Position numbers and translations under genes: made by a program. The notes beneath the pieces are model-generated. The model ran no database searches and had not been told where the DNA came from. It saw only the letters and a program-made list of their open reading frames with translations. 64,000 bases of DNA, from the NCBI RefSeq assembly GCF_000181795.1, contig NW_003526941.1:1-64000 (forward strand), written 5' to 3'. Positions 56,180 to 64,000 of the stretch are shown here, in pieces. The DNA comes from Trichinella spiralis (taxonomy: Eukaryota). Every line of letters starts with the position of its first letter. Position 1 is the stretch's first letter.

Positions 56180-56208
56180 CTCTCCCTTTCTCTCTCTCTC
56201 TCTCTCTC
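56180..56208. repeat. (CT)n microsatellite between convergent gene ends
   Basis: tctccctttctctctctctctctctctct. Confidence 0.8.
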
Positions 56209-56475
56209 TAAACATGTATTCTTCATATTTACAAAGCAAATGCATTTGAATTATCAATATCTTTCATTTATTTGCATATTCTAATTCACATTGAATATGT
56301 TTGAAAGTGGAAAAATTAACTGAAAAACTGCACTACCAAAATAAGAAGAAAAACAAAACAAGAAGAATGAATTAGTTTGAAAAGTTAGAAATAATTATTT
56401 CAGCCACGTTATCTGTGCATGCATATAAATTATTTGTGTATATTACATATAGATTTTGCTGAAGAAACATATGCA

Positions 56476-56506
56476 AATGAATGAATGAATGAATGAATGA
56501 ATGAAT
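56476..56506. repeat. (GAAT)n microsatellite in the likely 3' UTR of the mab-7-like gene
   Basis: aatgaatgaatgaatgaatgaatgaatgaat. Confidence 0.85.
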
Positions 56507-56565
56507 AGTCCGAGTGTTGTTGTATGGATAAATTTTGATAAAAATGTAAAATAAAATATTCATTT

Positions 56566-58825
56566 TCAAGTAACACGCTTTACGTACGTTTTAAAGTGTA
56601 CTCGACCACTGTCGTCTTTGAATGTTTCCGTTAATTGGTGGTCATTCCAACTGAAAGTATGTTCATTGCGAAGATACGGCTGTTCGCATCGAGAATATGG
56701 ATGGTTGGCATCGTGTACAGTATGAAGTTGAATGTAATTGTTTTTCAAATGGCCTTCTTGAAGCATCGATATACCTGTGCATCATAAATTTTCATTAAAA
56801 ATTGAAAAATAAAATGGTACTTCTAACCTGAATTTGTTGTAATCATGTATGCAACTTCTCTTGTTGGACTTTTCGCCGGCCGAACCCATATAAATCCTTT
56901 CTCTTCTTGAATATCGTTAGAATCTTCTTTGCTTCGGGCAAAACCACTAAATAAATGATATGCAAATTCAGTGTACTCAAATTGACGAATAGAAAAGATA
57001 TGAACTGAAAATTAACATATTATGAAATAGTTAACATTGTTGTGCTATTATTTTGTGTTGAAACAAGAATTATTATAAAGTACAAAAGAACTTTTTTAAA
57101 CGAAGACTATATGATGTTTCTTTTTTAATTACAGTTGAAAACAACAATGTATAACAATGTAAGTACAAATTATATTAGTTATTATTCAGCTATATTGTTC
57201 ACCAATATTCAAAATTATTCCAATATAGAAATATATTACAAATTGGTTCGGTATGCATTGTAAAAGTAAAAACAACACAATCCTCGTAAATATTTCTTAC
57301 CAAAAAAAATAAGAACTAGCTCATTTAATACATGTCTTCAAAAAACAAATCAAACCAAAATAAAAAAAGAATAATAGAGAATTCCAATTATGCTATTAAT
57401 TTAACTACTGTGACATAAAACAATTTCACCAATTCATACACACACTTGACGGTGTGTTTTCACATTCAAAAAGCTTACCAATTGCAAAGAGTAAACCATT
57501 TTCAAAATTTATAGGTTTAAACTAAATAAAAATTAGTTCAATCTCCATAAACATAAAAACATACTGATCTACAAAACGTTTTTTCTCATTTATAATTTTT
57601 CACACATCAACAATGAAAAAGTATAAATGTAAACGTAAATTTTTTAAATTCTTACATTTGAAAAGTTGCCAATAGCACATTTAATAGATTAAGAAATATT
57701 TAATGTAAAATAGAAATTAATTTTCGACAAAAATTCAGTAAAACAAGTATCATACGTGTAGTTAAGGGACGGTGTGTCAAACAGTGGAACTTGTGTTAGC
57801 ATGATACGAAGTACTTTATTGTATCCACCTTTGGCAAAGTTGACTGGATAATTTATTGAATCGTCTGAATTAAGATTCCATTCACCAATAAGCTGCTTCA
57901 ACAGCTCCAAGTACGGTGGTAAAGGTAAGCCAGGAGGAACTAAAAAAAATGAAAAACATGGACGGGCACATTATCAATATGCTCTTGTGACTTAAAAAAC
58001 TTCACATTTAACAAATCAATTTTCAAAAAATTTATTACATTAAAAATTAAAATACATATTGCAAAACATAATTTTTTTCAACTATGAGCTTAAATCATCA
58101 AACGTTGTATAAAAAGAAATAATAAGAAGGAAACAGACGAACACTTATCATGAACCTGTCAAACATTTGATTAAATTTGTTAAAGCAATTTGATTTAATT
58201 TTTTTCGTTTTAATAATTGAATGAAATAACGATTTTATCTAAATAAATAACAAGACACATTGTGAAATGTTACAACAACACACAGACAACAAACATTGAT
58301 TTGGCAGAAAAAATTTTCTTGTCCAATTTTTGACAATTTACAACTTTCAAAAATTATTTTGAATAAAGAATACTTTTTTCTTGGACACTTAACAGTCGTG
58401 TGATACGGTTGAAATTAATTTGAATTGAATTAAATTGAAAATTTACTTGTTTTCAAATTGTAAATGCACTCTTTGCAAGTTACTGGACAGTTTTCCAAAA
58501 AAAATTTCGTATACTTCCTTGTCCAAACGCATCTTCCTTCTTTTTCCCAATAAGGACAAGCCTTGTATACATCTTGACATGGTCCTGTTAAAATAAAAGT
58601 CAAACAATTTTATTAAAATTTCTTCATCTTTCAAAGCGAAATAAGAATAATACTATGGCATTTGGAGCCAACCCATCCTGCATCGCAACGACACGTTCGG
58701 TTAGCAGTACAATGTCCATGTTCACATGGACACTGTCCACAAACAACACCCACACAAAGTATAAATGCAACAATACAAGTAGCTACACATTTGTAGCAAT
58801 AGCATTTCAAGATACTGTTGTTCAT
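56566..58825 (-). CDS. mab-7: MAB-7-like protein: hydrophobic N-terminus + EGF-like + ShK (ShKT) + nitrobindin/THAP4-like (DUF1794) beta-barrel, ~273 aa
   Basis: Exons 58825-58654, 58584-58447, 57939-57756, 56946-56828 and 56774-56566 (822 nt, all GT-AG, phases match). EGF: CEHGHCTANRTCRCDAGWVGSKC. ShK: CQDVYKACPYWEKEGRCVWTRKYTKFFLENCPVTCKEC. Barrel: LELLKQLIGEW...PSLNYT...QEEKGFIWVRP...VAYMITTNSGISMLQEG...HFKTYVKR. This architecture matches that described for C. elegans MAB-7. Confidence 0.85.
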
Positions 58826-60104
58826 TGTTGATATTCCGCCTTACAGTAATAATGATGTTATTACTATTGTTGTTTGTTGTTGTTGCCGCTGATGATGATG
58901 ATAATGTTGGAAAACTGACTATTTAAACTATTCACCTAGCTACTTCTCTTCTTTTCAACAATCTGCTCAAGCATGTTTGGATGGCAAAGGAGCGGCAAGC
59001 GCTAATCGTCGACATGTCATCATCATTGTGTGTTATGCTCTAATTCGGCTAAATGTTCAATTTCATCATCATATTTTCAAGAAAGATTCCGAGTGAAACA
59101 ATTCATTTTTAAAATCAGGTTGCCATTGTTGCAAATTAGACCAAACGGCGCCAGCTATGTCATATCTTTTCCAAATGCTTCACATCTGCCACATACAACA
59201 TATTATTAATATTCAAATTTATTTATATACCCACACGCGCGCAACAAAACACTATACACAACACATACAACTAATAAATAATTCCCTTTTTGGGATTTTC
59301 GCCTCCTTTTCCTAAAGCGATAAGAAATTAATTAACCAACAGATCACAAAATTCATTACATACACATATAACACGATTAGATAATATCAGATACATGCAA
59401 GTAAATAAAAAGTAACCCAGAAAATTCACATTTCAATTCAACATTACTACCATTCACAATATTTTCATCAACGATAAGCAATATCGATCATGTGGACAAT
59501 TTCATTTTGCATAAAAGTATATTCCTTTTAGTCTTTATATTTATTTACCTTTTCAATTTATATAAATTACGAATTTCACTTAGACAGTGTGAATTGTATA
59601 TGAAAAACACAATATTTCATTTCGTACAAAAATCATTCACCTACCTAATCGTTTATTTAATATTTCATCAATAATCAAATTGTTTTCTGTTAAAAAATAT
59701 CAATCATGATAAACAGTGATTTCGTGGCAATTTAATGTTTTTCAGTCAATGTATACAGAAAATTAATGCACTTACCACAATGATCACTTGACATTGACAA
59801 AGGATCAGTTCAAATCATCGAATTAGCATCAATTCGTAAAATCAAAAGTCGAAAACGTATACTTCTTCTAGCTTGATCAAATGGTGCAGTTACTTCGGCC
59901 AACTGCAGCAACGTAAAAAGTAAACATGCTTGAACACAACGCCGTTTCAATGAAATATGCATGTTAAATATATATACTATTGAACACGTAAAGCTACAGT
60001 ATATAATAATACAAGCACCATTATTTGTAATCTTATCTTGTCCTCATTTCAAATTAAAATTTGCATTTTAAGGTACTGCTGTCCATTTCATATATATTTC
60101 ATAT

Positions 60105-60374
60105 CAGCGTTTCTCAATAATTTTATCCTCAGGGAACCCCTGCACAATTAAAAAAAAAAATTTTTTTTCAATAAATCAAACCTCTTAAGGCATACATGAT
60201 ATATTCTAATAAGCTGGTTATTAATTAACCTGAAATGTATAATGACTACTGCAATAAGATGCATAACAAGATATGAGCAGATAATAGCTACTAGAATAAC
60301 TTAATTGTTTATTGGTAACATTTAAAAGGCGAAACAATGTGTCATATTTCGCGGAACTCCGTTTGAAAACGCTG
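60105..60374. mobile_element. Putative non-autonomous hAT (Charlie/Buster-like) MITE, ~270 bp
   Basis: Left end CAGCGTTTCTCAA (60105); right end TTGAAAACGCTG (to 60374; reverse complement CAGCGTTTTCAA). Internal gggaacccctg and gcggaactcc motifs resemble this class. The 8-bp TSD is poorly matched (tttcatat vs ctttaaac). Confidence 0.5.
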
Positions 60375-60850
60375 CTTTAAACCATTCAGAGTGCTGCACA
60401 ATTGTCGTAAAACGAACGGTTCTTTTGTCCAACGGAAACGATTCAACTTTTGCATGTTTCTAGCCTGTCCTGACAATTCAGATTTTTCAATAAATATTCT
60501 TTCGTAGAAATTTTTCAATTCGCATTTTCATAAACAAGCAATGCATAAAAAATTAACTTGGAATATTTCCACTACATACAAATACAGGGATTTTTTCACA
60601 AATAAAACAAAATTAAATATGCATTAAACTACGTTTATTAATGATTCAATCAAGTTACGCAACAAAGCGTACTGAAAATAAGAGCTGAGAAAAACGGCTC
60701 ACCGATATAAGACAAGCTATAATTATTATCATTCTGTTATTATTATCATTACTGAAGTGCGAAAAGCTTTAGACGAGAAATAATTTTACATAAATGCTAA
60801 ATAATATACTGAATTCCATTCGATTTAAAGTGACTGTGAACTGCTAATTT

Positions 60851-62922
<2,072 letters not shown>

Positions 62923-62931
62923 TTACAAAAA

Positions 62932-63302
62932 CTAAAATAAAAGGTTCAATCAATTTGATTGATAATGAAACCCGTTTCTATTGTTATTTCTCAATAAATG
63001 TCCAGTTTACAACATAACACATCTACCCATGGTTGTAACTGAAAAATATTAAGACATATCCACGCACGCGCGTAAAAAAAGCAACATAAAATTGTTATAA
63101 GAATCAATTAAAAAATATTTCTGCTAAAAAACTAAAAATAAAATTCGCAGGAATTAAAAAATATCAAATAAAATAACAGCAAAATAAAACAAAACAAGCG
63201 ACACAATAAGCAAAGTGATTAGACGAAAACCATACACTTTTATAAATTTAATCGTTAAAAAAACACGCCTAGCACACATACAAATTTCACGACAACACTC
63301 AC
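62932..63302 (-). other. Candidate 5'-UTR intron (or outron/trans-splice acceptor) of the PP1 gene
   Basis: Acceptor ttattttag 9 nt upstream of the ATG (AG at 62933-62932); consensus donor GTGAGT beginning at 63302. Confidence 0.45.
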
Positions 63303-64000
63303 CGCGACACACAGAAAGATAAACGTCAAACTGATCGACATACAGTAAACTGACAAATAACCCTGTTTAAGAGAACCTGACTTACATATACACATCAATT
63401 CATACTGTTGTAATACGGTAGCTATAAATCTAACAAATTTAGAATAAAATTCAATAATAAAAATTAATAAATTTATAATAAAATTTATTTCAATAAAAAC
63501 AATTTTATTATTTAATAATTATCTATTTTTACCTTTTATTTTCATATCAGAATTATTAATTTTGGATACAAACATAATGATAGCAAATGAATAAATTAAA
63601 AAGAAATAATATTAATTAAAAAATATTTTAATATCATAATAAATTAATTTAATTGAAATTATATTGAAAATTCATTACTCATAACATACACTTGTTAAGC
63701 CGAACATTCATTTTAATAAAGCCATGAAGAAATTGAAAGTTTTAAAATAAATGTTAAATTAAAATACTTTCAAAATATTCTTTCTTTAAAACATATAGAC
63801 ATTATTACAATTCATTATTTCTTAAATTACAGTGAGATAAATATCGAAGTAAAACACAATGAAAAAATATTTTAAGCATGTCTTCATTGTATAATATTTT
63901 ATAGTAAAAATTGTTTGAATAGATCATTAAATTTTTTTATTGAAATAAATATGCTTTAGCTGAATTTTTAGAAAACCTGAATTTTCAATTGTGTATACTG

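Overview
AT-rich eukaryotic genomic DNA with many short introns. Gene content and sequence look nematode-like; a clade I/Trichinella-type genome is my inference, not proven. The window is dominated by a complete minus-strand ryanodine receptor gene (unc-68/RyR, ~19714-48952). A near-identical second copy of its 3' third plus downstream flank (~2423-15714) sits beside it, joined by a 10-N gap; this may be an uncollapsed haplotype rather than a true duplication. Other content: a decayed piggyBac transposase (~1410-2320), a divergently transcribed multi-exon ankyrin-repeat gene (+, ~52129-56078), a PP1-beta-like phosphatase (-, 60851-62922) and a small hAT-like MITE. A 5-exon gene that the ORF track shows only in fragments encodes hydrophobic N-terminus + EGF + ShK + nitrobindin/THAP4-like barrel (mab-7-like, -, 56566-58825). 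No prokaryotic-type system is present. The most notable signals are the EGF-ShK-nitrobindin protein, the mosaic divergence between the two RyR copies, and unusual substitutions at conserved positions (His in RyR S6; Leu for PP1 Asp286).
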